64,000 bases of DNA, taken from positions 1-64,000 of IMG/VR virus record IMGVR_UViG_3300043446_000435, one strand, 5' to 3'. The DNA comes from a virus. Numbering within the stretch: position 1 is the stretch's first letter; each line of letters begins with the position of its first letter. The notes below the pieces were generated by a model. It did no database searches. It was not told the DNA's origin and saw only the letters and a program-made list of their open reading frames with translations. Below are positions 9,732 to 19,522 of the stretch, in pieces. The translations under genes were made by a program, and so were the position numbers.

Positions 9732-10458
9732 TCCTATTCGTATTTTCATCGGAACATCAGCAAACAATGAAGATGCCGATGCTGAAATGGTGCTTGAATA
9801 TACACTCCGTAAAAATGCAACTCTTCCGCTCGATATTCGATGGATGCGTCAGAACAGGGATGGAACTGGTTCAATCTGGGGTGGTTGGCAGACTCAACGC
9901 TGGTCGACGCCTTTTAGTGGATTCCGTTGGGCGATTCCAGAGGCGTGTGGATTCACTGGTCGCGCCATTTACATGGATGTGGACATGCTTAATCTGCGTG
10001 ATATTGCGGAACTGTATAGCATTGATCTTCAAGGTAAGCCTCTTGCTGCTCGCCGTGGTAAGCGTTTTGGAGGTCATGAGTTTTGTGTTATCGTTATGGA
10101 CTGCGAAAAGCTAGGCGATATGCTTATGCCAGTTTCGCGCATGAAAACTAATCCAGATGCCCATCATCGCTACATTGCTCAGTTCACAGGTAACGATAAT
10201 CTAGTGGCAGAAATGGATCCTCGTTGGAATTGTCATGACGGCGACGGAAGAAGTCTTGACGACATCTATCATTTACACTATACTGAAATGAGTACCCAAC
10301 CTTGGCAACCGGCTTGGTTCACTGGCGAGAAACGTGAACATCCACGTCAGGATCTAGTAAAGCTCTGGCAAGATACACGAGCTGAAGCAGTTCTTAATGG
10401 ATGGCATCCTAATCTTGTGAACGAAACATTCGGTGAATACTCTATCATTGGACGATAA
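9724..10458 (+). CDS. GT-A fold glycosyltransferase
   Basis: IRIFIG, TPFSGFRWAIP, AIYMDVD (DxD), PRWN, LHYT. Confidence 0.8.
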   Translation: MIDPIRIFIGTSANNEDADAEMVLEYTLRKNATLPLDIRWMRQNRDGTGSIWGGWQTQRWSTPFSGFRWAIPEACGFTGRAIYMDVDMLNLRDIAELYSIDLQGKPLAARRGKRFGGHEFCVIVMDCEKLGDMLMPVSRMKTNPDAHHRYIAQFTGNDNLVAEMDPRWNCHDGDGRSLDDIYHLHYTEMSTQPWQPAWFTGEKREHPRQDLVKLWQDTRAEAVLNGWHPNLVNETFGEYSIIGR

Positions 10459-11184
10459 ATGAAACTCTTTGCATCATGTGACTCTGGTTATCTTCGCGCG
10501 CACGCGCCCGCGCTCGTAGCTTCTGCTGCTTGTGCGGAAACCTCACTTCATCTTCATGTGATTGAACCACAAGATGATGACTTGGATTTCTTGGATCATC
10601 TCTCGTCGAGATACCACAAAATCGCTGGATGGCCACAGAGCGACTTCACGCATTCAACTGCTCCTATGTGGATGAGATATCCAGCAGTTCGTGATGATAC
10701 GATGCGAACGATATATGCTACAGATCGTTTCCTTTCTGTTATGACTCAGATGATTGCACGACCTGATCAGTATCTCATTATCGACACTGACTGTCTCATC
10801 ATGAAGCCTATCACAGAAAGCGACTTGCATGGTGACGTTGGTTTGTTCCTTCGTGAACCGTTGCCAGGAACTGTTGGATGGGAAGCACAAGGTACTCGTT
10901 GCGCAGCTGGTGCAGTTTACTATTCGTCTCGTGCGATGGACTTTGCTCAAGAAGTTGCAGCTCGTATTCGTAAAGGTCCGATCGCTTGGTTCCTAGATCA
11001 AGTTGCGATCAGTGAAACATACGAGAACATGAAAGATCGTTATAACTATCAATACTTCGATGCGAACTTTATGGATTGGGAGTTCAAGGAAGGAACGACG
11101 ATCTGGACTGGTAAGGGTCCGCGCAAGTATGACAATCCAACTTATCTTACAAAGAAAAACCACTTCGACAGGATGATTCGTTGA
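10459..11184 (+). CDS. nucleotide-diphospho-sugar transferase-like protein
   Basis: IIDTD (DxD), WFLDQ, IWTGKG. Confidence 0.65.
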   Translation: MKLFASCDSGYLRAHAPALVASAACAETSLHLHVIEPQDDDLDFLDHLSSRYHKIAGWPQSDFTHSTAPMWMRYPAVRDDTMRTIYATDRFLSVMTQMIARPDQYLIIDTDCLIMKPITESDLHGDVGLFLREPLPGTVGWEAQGTRCAAGAVYYSSRAMDFAQEVAARIRKGPIAWFLDQVAISETYENMKDRYNYQYFDANFMDWEFKEGTTIWTGKGPRKYDNPTYLTKKNHFDRMIR

Positions 11185-12137
11185 AAGTAGCTATTCTATT
11201 CCCACGCCTTGACGTTACATTCAAGGAAGGACCAGTTCCTGAAGCTCGCGGAGCAATCCCACCTATTCGTGTTCACTGGCAGCGTATGGGTGATCGTTTG
11301 CTTACTGCGCATAGAGTCAAGGGTGATACCGTTGACTTTATTGAAAAGCCACTCTGGCAGTTTACTCCAGAGTTCGTAGAGTCGCTTGATGCAGATATCG
11401 TTTACATTCCGCATAAGTCGACGGATACGTTCCCAGTCTTTAATAAGGAAGTCCGTTATTATATGCAATCAGTGTTCCCGTGGCAGTTCTACATCGACTC
11501 TAAGGGATTTGCTGGCGGCGCTTCGTTCTATCCGCTTACGATTGATCGCGAGCGTGAGATTCCTGCGGGAAGTTTCTACTCTCAGATGCAAGCTCGAGCA
11601 GCTCTTGGGGAAAGTAAGTTTGAACAGCCGCCTAGTCAGAAACTGAATCTACCTGATGAGTTTTTCTTCTTTCCGTGTCAGATACCACACGATGAAACGA
11701 TCAAATATCACTCAGATGTATCAGTTTTAGATGCTCTTGTTGCTACCTGTAGAGCCACCGAAAGACTAAATAAGATACTAATCGTAAAAGGCCATCCCGT
11801 GAATCCTGGTAGTATGGCCCCGCTGTATCAAGCAGCAACCCAGTTTAAGAATGTTATCTGGGTAAACGACATTTCCATCCACGACCTAATCCCCCATGCA
11901 AAAGCTGTAATCGTTGTTAATTCGGGAACGGGTATGGAAACAATGCTACATAAGACACCGATTGTTACATTCGGTAGATGTGAGTATGATTGTGTGAGTA
12001 ATAAAGCTACGACTGATAACATCGTCGATATCCTACAGGATCCTAAGTTCGACGAGAAAGCTGTACGAGCGTTTTTCGAGTCATGGTATGAAATTACCTA
12101 CGACACAAGAAGCAGTAAATCTTTCGAACGACTTTAG
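11181..12137 (+). CDS. KpsS/KpsC-like capsule polysaccharide (beta-Kdo transferase-like) protein
   Basis: FPCQIPHD, VKGHP, VIVVNSGTGMET, PIVTFG motifs. Confidence 0.7.
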   Translation: MKVAILFPRLDVTFKEGPVPEARGAIPPIRVHWQRMGDRLLTAHRVKGDTVDFIEKPLWQFTPEFVESLDADIVYIPHKSTDTFPVFNKEVRYYMQSVFPWQFYIDSKGFAGGASFYPLTIDREREIPAGSFYSQMQARAALGESKFEQPPSQKLNLPDEFFFFPCQIPHDETIKYHSDVSVLDALVATCRATERLNKILIVKGHPVNPGSMAPLYQAATQFKNVIWVNDISIHDLIPHAKAVIVVNSGTGMETMLHKTPIVTFGRCEYDCVSNKATTDNIVDILQDPKFDEKAVRAFFESWYEITYDTRSSKSFERL

Positions 12138-12146
12138 GAGAATGAA

Positions 12147-12512
12147 ATGGCATATTGGGGTTATCACTTAATTCTTGATTGCGCAGAACTTGATGGTCGC
12201 GCGATCACCGACTACGATACGATTTATCGTTTCACGAAGCAGCTAGTCGCAGACATCGACATGGTTGCTTACGGCGAACCCCAGATCGTAAACTTTGGAT
12301 CTGGTAACAAGGCTGGATATACTCTTGTTCAGCTGATTGAAACGTCAAACATCTGCGCTCACTTTGTGCCAGATGACGGTATGGGTGGCAACGCAATGTA
12401 TCTTGACGTTTTCTCTTGTAAGGAGTATGATGATCAGGTTGTTATCAATCTGGTTAAGCAATACTTTGGCGCTAAGTATGTGCGCCCGAACTATCTAACT
12501 CGACAAGCCTAA
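12147..12512 (+). CDS. speD: S-adenosylmethionine decarboxylase proenzyme
   Basis: GYHLILD, LIETSNICAHF, YLDVFSCK. Confidence 0.85.
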   Translation: MAYWGYHLILDCAELDGRAITDYDTIYRFTKQLVADIDMVAYGEPQIVNFGSGNKAGYTLVQLIETSNICAHFVPDDGMGGNAMYLDVFSCKEYDDQVVINLVKQYFGAKYVRPNYLTRQA

Positions 12513-12524
12513 TAGGAGTGAATA

Positions 12525-13136
12525 GTGATTATGTCAGCTGATGATTTTGACGATTACGATAATTGGGAAGTTAAGCAACACGCTCGCGTGAGCAAGAAGA
12601 GGATCGGTTCAATTGTTCCTGCTGTTTCGTTTAAGATCCGCGTTCGCGACGACAGTATCGAGGGACCCAATCCTTATCGTTGGGATGATCTGACTTCTTA
12701 TCAGATCTTCGGCGGTAAGCGTGTGATTGTGTTCTCGCTTCCTGGCGCGTTTACGCCAACCTGTTCGACGATGCAGCTGCCTGGATTCGAAACGATGTAT
12801 GACGAGTTCAAGCAGAAGCACAGCATCGACGAAATCTATTGTTTGTCTGTGAATGATGCGTTCACGATGAATGCTTGGGCTAAAGCTCAGGGAATCAAGA
12901 ACGTAAAGGTTATTCCAGACGGCAATCTTGAGTTCACGCAGAAGATGCGTATGAGCGTAGACAAGAGTAATCTTGGCTTTGGTGATCGTAGCTGGCGTTA
13001 TGCTATGATTGTCAACGATGGAAAAGTTGAAGCTTGGTTCGAAGAGCCTGGATTCAGCAACAACTGCGAGACTGATCCTTATGGTGAAACGTCTCCAGAA
13101 AATATCATGAACTGGCTTGACAGTCAGGGTAGTTGA
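12525..13136 (+). CDS. peroxiredoxin (Prx5-type)
   Basis: FSLPGAFTPTCS, SVNDAF, RSWRYAMIV. Confidence 0.92.
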   Translation: MIMSADDFDDYDNWEVKQHARVSKKRIGSIVPAVSFKIRVRDDSIEGPNPYRWDDLTSYQIFGGKRVIVFSLPGAFTPTCSTMQLPGFETMYDEFKQKHSIDEIYCLSVNDAFTMNAWAKAQGIKNVKVIPDGNLEFTQKMRMSVDKSNLGFGDRSWRYAMIVNDGKVEAWFEEPGFSNNCETDPYGETSPENIMNWLDSQGS

Positions 13137-13145
13137 TAGTATAAT
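13117..13145 (+). promoter_or_regulatory. sigma70-type promoter for tRNA-Gly
   Basis: TTGACA-17nt-TATAAT. Confidence 0.75.
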
Positions 13146-13159
13146 GAAAAATAGGAATT

Positions 13160-13234
13160 GCGGGTATAACTCAGGGGTAGAGTGTCAGCCTTCCAAGCTG
13201 TTCGTCGCAGGTTCGAATCCTGTTGCCCGCTCCA
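13160..13234 (+). tRNA. tRNA-Gly(TCC)
   Basis: Cloverleaf, loop CTTCCAA, GTTCGAATC, CCA. Confidence 0.95.
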
Positions 13235-13347
13235 AACTTCACGAATGGTGGGAAATCATCGTGGCCATAGCCATCTGTAATTGGATGGCATTGACTGCAG
13301 GCATCGTCCTGTTACTGTATAATGTGCTAACCAACTAAGGAGTAAAA

Positions 13348-14718
13348 ATGAAAAATACACTTACAGCTCTGGCGCTTCTTGCCTCGACCAGCCTCGCTGG
13401 TGCGGTAGATCTGCCATCTGGAAAGGCTCAACCACAAGCACCAGCAAATTATGTTAAGGTGTGTGATGCTTATGGTTCTGGCTTTTTCTATATTCCTGGA
13501 ACTGATTCATGCTTGCGTGTTGGCGGTATGGTTCGACAGGATTTTGCTTATGTCCCTGCGGGTGACACATATAAGGTAACAGCTGGTGCTCGTGCTATCA
13601 ACACATACGGCGCTGGTCAGAATACAACGGGATGGGAAACTCGTGGTCGTATTGATCTCGATGCTCGCACTCCAACCGACTTCGGCACTGTAAGAACTGC
13701 TGCTGGTATTCGTTTCTCGCGTTCATCAGGCACTCTTGCTGACGTAGCAAATCCATCAGGTGCTTCGCAGTCTGCAACGACTACGACTCCTATCATGGAA
13801 TATGCTTACATCCAGTTCGCTGGTATCACTGCTGGTGCTGCACGAGACAACTTCTCGTTCATGCCTTCAGCTGTTTACTCAGCACAGCACTGGGCTTCGT
13901 TCATCATCAATCCTAAGCAGCTTTCTTATACTGCCATTCTTGGTGGCGGTCTGAGTGCAACAGTTGCTGTTCAGGATGCTACTGATACAGCGATTGCTCC
14001 AGTCGATGGCGTAAATGCTACGACGACTTACTATGCTCCACAGAACGAAAAGAATCTTACTCTCGTAGGTAATCTCCGTTGGGATCAGCCTTGGGGTCAG
14101 GTTCAGGTTATGGGTGCTGGTCGTCAGGCACAAGTTCTTGACACAACTGGTCTAACATACAATCAGACAAAGAGCGTATGGGCAGCTGGCGGTGGTCTCA
14201 AGATCAACACTCCATTCACTGGTAATCAGCAGAACGCTCTGTGGCTTACAGCAGCTTATGCCGACGGTATGACTGAATACACTACAGCATACGGTTCGAA
14301 CAAGATTGCTAACTGGAAGCGTGATCTCAATGGTTGGCAGATGAATCAGCCTTCGATCATTGCTTACAGCACTGGTATCGAGTCTGTTAAGTCTTGGAAC
14401 GCTGCTGCTCTGTATCAGCATTGGCTGACTGACAAGTATCGTATCAATGCGTTTGGTTCATACGGTCAGATTCAGGCTCCAGAATCAGCTAAGGCTTTGG
14501 TGTTCGACGCTAAGAAGGGCTTCGGTGACGCTACTGTTTGGTCAGTCGGTTCAAACTTCGCTTGGCTTCCTACAAAGGACTTCGAGCTTGGCATTGAAGG
14601 TATCTACTCAAACATGAAGCAAGACATCCGTTATACACTCGCTTCTTCAACGAATAAGGTTGAAAGAGAAAGCGATAATAACTGGACGATGCGTCTTCGT
14701 GCTGAACGTCGCTTCTAA
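13348..14718 (+). CDS. alphaproteobacterial porin (Omp2b/RopA family)
   Basis: Signal peptide; YVKVCDAYGSGFFYIPGTDSCLRVGG; C-terminal ERRF. Confidence 0.9.
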   Translation: MKNTLTALALLASTSLAGAVDLPSGKAQPQAPANYVKVCDAYGSGFFYIPGTDSCLRVGGMVRQDFAYVPAGDTYKVTAGARAINTYGAGQNTTGWETRGRIDLDARTPTDFGTVRTAAGIRFSRSSGTLADVANPSGASQSATTTTPIMEYAYIQFAGITAGAARDNFSFMPSAVYSAQHWASFIINPKQLSYTAILGGGLSATVAVQDATDTAIAPVDGVNATTTYYAPQNEKNLTLVGNLRWDQPWGQVQVMGAGRQAQVLDTTGLTYNQTKSVWAAGGGLKINTPFTGNQQNALWLTAAYADGMTEYTTAYGSNKIANWKRDLNGWQMNQPSIIAYSTGIESVKSWNAAALYQHWLTDKYRINAFGSYGQIQAPESAKALVFDAKKGFGDATVWSVGSNFAWLPTKDFELGIEGIYSNMKQDIRYTLASSTNKVERESDNNWTMRLRAERRF

Positions 14719-14841
14719 TGGTTAGAGCTGCATACGTTATTGCAGCTCTTTCATTCTTAATGGCTGGATTGTTGCTTTGGATAGCATACGGTCCAGCCAT
14801 TTTCTTTGCAATGCAAACCCTATATACTATGTGCTTCTAAT

Positions 14842-14918
14842 GCCCGTGTAACCCAATCGGCAGAGGTACGAGACTTAAAATCTTGACAGTGTGGGTTCAA
14901 GTCCCACCACGGGTACCA
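14842..14918 (+). tRNA. tRNA-Leu(TAA), short variable loop
   Basis: Loop CTTAAAA, GGTTCAAGTCC, CCA. Confidence 0.9.
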
Positions 14919-14926
14919 ATTTAACA

Positions 14927-16039
14927 ATGATTACATTCAATCCTAACAAGTTTGGTTATTACGAAGTAGACGGCCGCCCAACATACAGTAAGCTAGAAGC
15001 TGCTGAATGGGCTAAGTTCAACAAGTCAACTATTCGTTGGGACTTCAATGATGATGTGTTCACCAAGATAGACTGGACTGTTGAACCTCCGAATAGCTTA
15101 TGGGATCTCTATAAAGCAAGAGCGAGGCAAATCCGTGAAGCATACGATTATGTTGTATTATGGTATTCTGGCGGTAGCGATAGTCATAATATGCTCCTCG
15201 CCTGGATTGACGCTGGTCTCAAGATTGATGAGATAGCTACCACGTGGAACTACGAAACGACTGGCGATGCGCTCAATCACTACAACGCAGAAATTACCAA
15301 TGTCGTCATTCCAGACGTTAAGAAACTACAAGAATCTGGATTAGAGTTCAACTTCCGTATCATTGATATGGCTGAGCCATCGCTCAAGCTATTCGACGTG
15401 TGGGGTACGAACTTTGAATATAACATCAACTGTCACTTCAGCCCAAACAATCCAGCTCGTTCTATGCTCCGCGAAACGATTCCTGAGTATAAGAACATGA
15501 TTGCTGCTGGTAAGAAAGTCTGTTTCGTTTGGGGTAAAGAAAAGCCATATCTTGGTTTCGATCAGATAACAAGAAAACACTATTTCCACTTCTTTGATAA
15601 CGGCGATAACTGCGTTAGCCCATACGTTCAGCAAAAGTATTATGAAGGATGGTATGATGAGTTCTTTTACTGGACTCCCGACTTTCCATTGATTCCAGTC
15701 AAGCAAGCACACGTTATCAAGAACTTCTTAGAACACGCGACTAACGATTCTTTGTTCTGTGATCTAAGTCATAACGGCTACTCAGTCAAGACGGGTAAAT
15801 ATCTGAAGGATCGTATCATTAAGATGATCCTGTATCCCAAGTGGAACAACGATATCTTCAGTAATGGTAAGACGAGCTCGTTCACATACTCTATGCGCGA
15901 CGACTGGTTTTTCCTAGGCAATATAGATCAGAAGAAACGATTCATTGAGATAACGAATTCCTATTTCAATAGAATCGATCCAACCAACAAAGAACGCATC
16001 AGCGTCTCACCTATGTTCAGCAGGAAGTATATGATATGA
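14927..16039 (+). CDS. PP-loop/adenine nucleotide alpha hydrolase-like protein
   Basis: VVLWYSGGSDS motif. Confidence 0.6.
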   Translation: MITFNPNKFGYYEVDGRPTYSKLEAAEWAKFNKSTIRWDFNDDVFTKIDWTVEPPNSLWDLYKARARQIREAYDYVVLWYSGGSDSHNMLLAWIDAGLKIDEIATTWNYETTGDALNHYNAEITNVVIPDVKKLQESGLEFNFRIIDMAEPSLKLFDVWGTNFEYNINCHFSPNNPARSMLRETIPEYKNMIAAGKKVCFVWGKEKPYLGFDQITRKHYFHFFDNGDNCVSPYVQQKYYEGWYDEFFYWTPDFPLIPVKQAHVIKNFLEHATNDSLFCDLSHNGYSVKTGKYLKDRIIKMILYPKWNNDIFSNGKTSSFTYSMRDDWFFLGNIDQKKRFIEITNSYFNRIDPTNKERISVSPMFSRKYMI

Positions 16040-16479
16040 GTTTCACAGAATCACACACACGTTCCGTAGCAAAAACGCTGACTGTTCGCGTCTGTTTCAC
16101 GCTCAGTCATATTCTAAACGGATGGATTGTGACTGGCTCGTGGATGACTGGTGTTACTATTGCCAGCTTCGCAGTCTTAATCAATATGCTCCTGTTCTGG
16201 GGACACGAGCGCGTCTGGAACTGGGTGCAGTGGAATCGTAAGCCAAAAGATAATATGTTCTTTGTCGATGGGCATCCACGCACAATCAGTAAGTCTGTTA
16301 CTTGGCGAGCAATCATCACACTCAATAACTTCCTGATCCCATTCATTACGACAGGATCATGGCAAGTCGCGCTTGCGTTTCTAACTGTAGCAACGTTCCT
16401 AAACATTGTGGTCTACTACACGCATGAGCGTGTGTGGAACATGATCAAGTGGGGTAAGAATGCTACCGACGAGCAGTAA
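16036..16479 (+). CDS. tandem DUF2061 membrane protein
   Basis: Two copies of RSxxK..T.R...HERVWN. Confidence 0.8.
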   Translation: MSFTESHTRSVAKTLTVRVCFTLSHILNGWIVTGSWMTGVTIASFAVLINMLLFWGHERVWNWVQWNRKPKDNMFFVDGHPRTISKSVTWRAIITLNNFLIPFITTGSWQVALAFLTVATFLNIVVYYTHERVWNMIKWGKNATDEQ

Positions 16480-17713
16480 CACATACTGCGTTTCTGCTTG
16501 GAGTGATGTTGTTATTGAAACCAACGGAAACTTTAGGGTTTGCTGTTTGGAAGAAGTGAAAGGCGATCAAGATTATTGCGTTGACGATAGTGGTGCTATC
16601 ATGAACGTGATGACACATTCTATTCGACAGGCTATCAATAGCGTTAATCACAAAAATCTCAGACTAGCACAACTGAATAACGTGCAACATCGTATGTGTA
16701 ATGTCTGCTGGAAACGTGAAATAACTGACAAGAATGTGCCGTCTATTCGTAAGTTCAGAAACAATAATCGAAACTTCGAAGTCGTCAACGAATGTGACAC
16801 AGATGGTTTTATATCCGCACTACCTATCAGTCTTGACTTGAGACTTAGCAATCTGTGTAATGCTAAATGTATTGCGTGTGGTCCTAGATACAGCTCGTTG
16901 TGGTATGAAGATCATGTTCTGTTGATGGACTACAATGGATTCATGATAGGAACAGACGAATACAGGATCACAAAAGAAAACAACAGATACACTTCTAATC
17001 TACCTAAATGGTATGAATCTGAAACGTGGTGGCAGCAGTTTGACGAAGTCGCACCTACTCTGAGACAGATATCATTCACCGGCGGCGAGCCGTTCGTTCA
17101 ACCAGCACACGAAACGATCATAAATAATCTAATAGAACGTGGATATGCTCAGAACATCCAGCTTCGATACGTTTCTAACTTCCTGGCTATCAATCCAAAG
17201 ATCTTAGAAAAGTTAGACAAGTTCAAGAAAGTGAATATTGTTGCGAGTGTAGATGATGTTCATGAACGTCATAATTTAATCAGATATCCTAGCAACTTCG
17301 AAAGAGTCGTTAAGAATATAGATCTGATGAAAGAACGTTTCAATATACAGCTAGACTTTATCAACACGACTGTTGGGATATATAACATACTATCTCCGAT
17401 CAGACTGTGGGAGTTCTTTGGTTCTGATAGAATGTATGTTGGTCTCATAAGAAATCCTAGCTGCTATGATATCAAATACAGTCCGAAAGCATTACGCGAA
17501 TTCGTTTGCGAAGAATATGATAAGTCTGACGTCCCAGATAAGTATAAGAAACAGATCATAGGATATCTTAACAACAACATTCCGCTCGAAATAGAACAGA
17601 ATTTTCAGATTGAGAAGTTCATCGAGCGTATGGACAAGCTAGATAGTATTAGATCAACAGATTGGAAAAAGACGTTTCCTGAGATAGCTAAGAGGGTAAT
17701 TGATGTTTACTAA
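16460..17713 (+). CDS. radical SAM protein with N-terminal SPASM/twitch-like Cys domain
   Basis: CNAKCIAC, FTGGEPF, N-terminal C..W...CC...CxxC. Confidence 0.85.
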   Translation: MLPTSSNTYCVSAWSDVVIETNGNFRVCCLEEVKGDQDYCVDDSGAIMNVMTHSIRQAINSVNHKNLRLAQLNNVQHRMCNVCWKREITDKNVPSIRKFRNNNRNFEVVNECDTDGFISALPISLDLRLSNLCNAKCIACGPRYSSLWYEDHVLLMDYNGFMIGTDEYRITKENNRYTSNLPKWYESETWWQQFDEVAPTLRQISFTGGEPFVQPAHETIINNLIERGYAQNIQLRYVSNFLAINPKILEKLDKFKKVNIVASVDDVHERHNLIRYPSNFERVVKNIDLMKERFNIQLDFINTTVGIYNILSPIRLWEFFGSDRMYVGLIRNPSCYDIKYSPKALREFVCEEYDKSDVPDKYKKQIIGYLNNNIPLEIEQNFQIEKFIERMDKLDSIRSTDWKKTFPEIAKRVIDVY

Positions 17714-19106
17714 AGAAACATTCTGCACGATGCCTTGGTCATCAATCTTGATTCTTCCTTCAGGAGATTTCAAGATTTGCTGCTTTACAGGGCAAGAACT
17801 TCCTAACGGCGGCGACTCGCATGGTATTGCGTTCGCTGAAGATGGAACAACGATGAACGTTCTGACGCATTCTATCAAAGAAGCTATGAACTCAGTTTAT
17901 CACAAAGAAATCCGCGCTGCACAAGCTAGAGGCGAGCGTCATATCGCATGTAAGGTTTGCTGGGATCGAGACGATGCAGCTACACGTCAGGGAGTAAAGC
18001 CCACATCACTGCGCGTCGTTCGCACCTTCGATCAGAACGTCGAAGGAACACAGAAGATCAATCGCGAGTGGGGTCGCGTTGGTGGACAACCGATGGTTGG
18101 ATCTGCTATCCCAGAGAACGCGACACAGTGGTTGCTTGATCCTACTCTTACGACAGATGGTACGATGAAAGACATCATGCCAGTTTCACTCGACATTCGC
18201 TTCAGCAATCTGTGTAATGCTAAGTGCATCATGTGCGAGCCGCTCTATTCGACTCTTTGGTACGAAGATTACGAAAGGCTTACAGGTAATCAATTCTTCA
18301 ACAGCGGCATGAAACGATACAATATCATCAAGACTCCTAAGGTGTCTGGTGGCAATGTGTATTCGTCGGATATGCCAGAATGGCGTGACGATCCACGTTG
18401 GTGGAAACAGCTCGACGAGCTCGCACCGCATCTTCAGCACGTCTACATCACAGGCGGCGAGCCATTCTTGCAACCACAGCATGACAAGTTCCTAGATCGT
18501 CTGATCGAAGCTGGATATGCTAAGAACATCGTTCTGGAATACGACACAAATCTGAGCGTCATGAATACCAAGATTCTTGATCGCCTGACGAAGTTCAAAG
18601 ACATCATTCTACGTATCTCGACCGACGACGTTGGTGCTCGCTACGAACTGATTCGTCATCCGCTCAAGTTCAATAACTTGCTCGACAATATGGCAAAGCT
18701 CAAAGACTACGGTCTGGACAAGAAGATCGACACGATCACAACTTGCATCGGTATCTACTCGATGTATGCTCCGATGAGAATGTGGGAAACGTTCGCGCCG
18801 TTGGGATACGAGAAGTATTTCATTCGCATCCTCGTTTCGCCTAAAGCTGTGGACATGGCTTACCTTCCTCGCAAGATCAAGGAGAAGGTAATCAACGACT
18901 ACGACGGTAACAATGCGCTTCCGCATTTCCACAAGACCCACGTCGCTGGTTATCTCAAGAACAACTTCGATCTTGTGGACGACGACAAAGCTCGACTGCA
19001 TCTCAATTCGTTCGTTCGCTATATGGAAGGGTTAGATCGCATCCGCAAGACGGACTGGAAATCGACATTCCCAGAAGTCGTCGATTTGCTGAAACTAGCC
19101 TACTGA
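17700..19106 (+). CDS. radical SAM protein with N-terminal SPASM/twitch-like Cys domain (paralogue)
   Basis: CNAKCIMC, ITGGEPF, YDTN. Confidence 0.85.
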   Translation: MMFTKETFCTMPWSSILILPSGDFKICCFTGQELPNGGDSHGIAFAEDGTTMNVLTHSIKEAMNSVYHKEIRAAQARGERHIACKVCWDRDDAATRQGVKPTSLRVVRTFDQNVEGTQKINREWGRVGGQPMVGSAIPENATQWLLDPTLTTDGTMKDIMPVSLDIRFSNLCNAKCIMCEPLYSTLWYEDYERLTGNQFFNSGMKRYNIIKTPKVSGGNVYSSDMPEWRDDPRWWKQLDELAPHLQHVYITGGEPFLQPQHDKFLDRLIEAGYAKNIVLEYDTNLSVMNTKILDRLTKFKDIILRISTDDVGARYELIRHPLKFNNLLDNMAKLKDYGLDKKIDTITTCIGIYSMYAPMRMWETFAPLGYEKYFIRILVSPKAVDMAYLPRKIKEKVINDYDGNNALPHFHKTHVAGYLKNNFDLVDDDKARLHLNSFVRYMEGLDRIRKTDWKSTFPEVVDLLKLAY

Positions 19107-19110
19107 GCTG

Positions 19111-19129
19111 TGTAACTGTCCCTGATACA
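19111..19129. promoter_or_regulatory. palindromic operator-like site YGTAWC-N7-GWTACR (also 19332-19350, 19423-19441, 45291-45309)
   Basis: Four copies with identical spacing read directly. Confidence 0.55.
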
Positions 19130-19133
19130 AAAG

Positions 19134-19149
19134 TTAACAGAATTTTAAC
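19134..19149 (+). promoter_or_regulatory. CtrA-type box
   Basis: TTAA-CAGAATT-TTAAC matches TTAA-N7-TTAAC. Confidence 0.4.
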
Positions 19150-19152
19150 AAA

Positions 19153-19178
19153 AAAACCGCCGGTTTTCTGGCGGTTTT
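19153..19178. terminator. intrinsic terminator, possibly bidirectional
   Basis: AAAACCGCCGG-TTTT-CTGGCGGTTTT. Confidence 0.7.
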
Positions 19179-19192
19179 GCCGTTTTTAGCCC

Positions 19193-19221
19193 TTGACAAT
19201 TAACCCCATTCGTGATACAGT
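19193..19221 (+). promoter_or_regulatory. early sigma70-type promoter
   Basis: CCCTTGACA-17nt-TACAGT. Confidence 0.65.
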
Positions 19222-19287
19222 TAAAAGATAGGGGGAGCGCCCCCTACCACCCGCCCTAGCTAGGGCTTAACTGTAAAAGGGTTAAAA

Positions 19288-19437
19288 ATGGATTTAACGT
19301 CAATTTTCCGTGATTTCCGCGCTCTTGAAACCGTAACAGAAAAGGTTACGTTCCTTAAGTCGCTGGCTACGCTAAACCTGCCTTACGATATTCATTACGA
19401 AGCGCTCATTGCCGCTTGGGAACGTATCGAAAATTGA
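19288..19437 (+). CDS. small hypothetical early protein, 49 aa (not in ORF track)
   Basis: AAAGGG RBS; MDLTSIFRDF...WERIEN*. Confidence 0.55.
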   Translation: MDLTSIFRDFRALETVTEKVTFLKSLATLNLPYDIHYEALIAAWERIEN

Positions 19438-19461
19438 TACAAAAAAGTTTGGTAGGGGCCC

Positions 19462-19490
19462 TTGACAACTGGCCCCTACCGTAGTAGAAT
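19462..19490 (+). promoter_or_regulatory. early sigma70-type promoter
   Basis: TTGACA-17nt-TAGAAT. Confidence 0.8.
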
Positions 19491-19522
19491 GAAAAAGTAG
19501 GGTAAATCAAGGAGTTAGCTAT

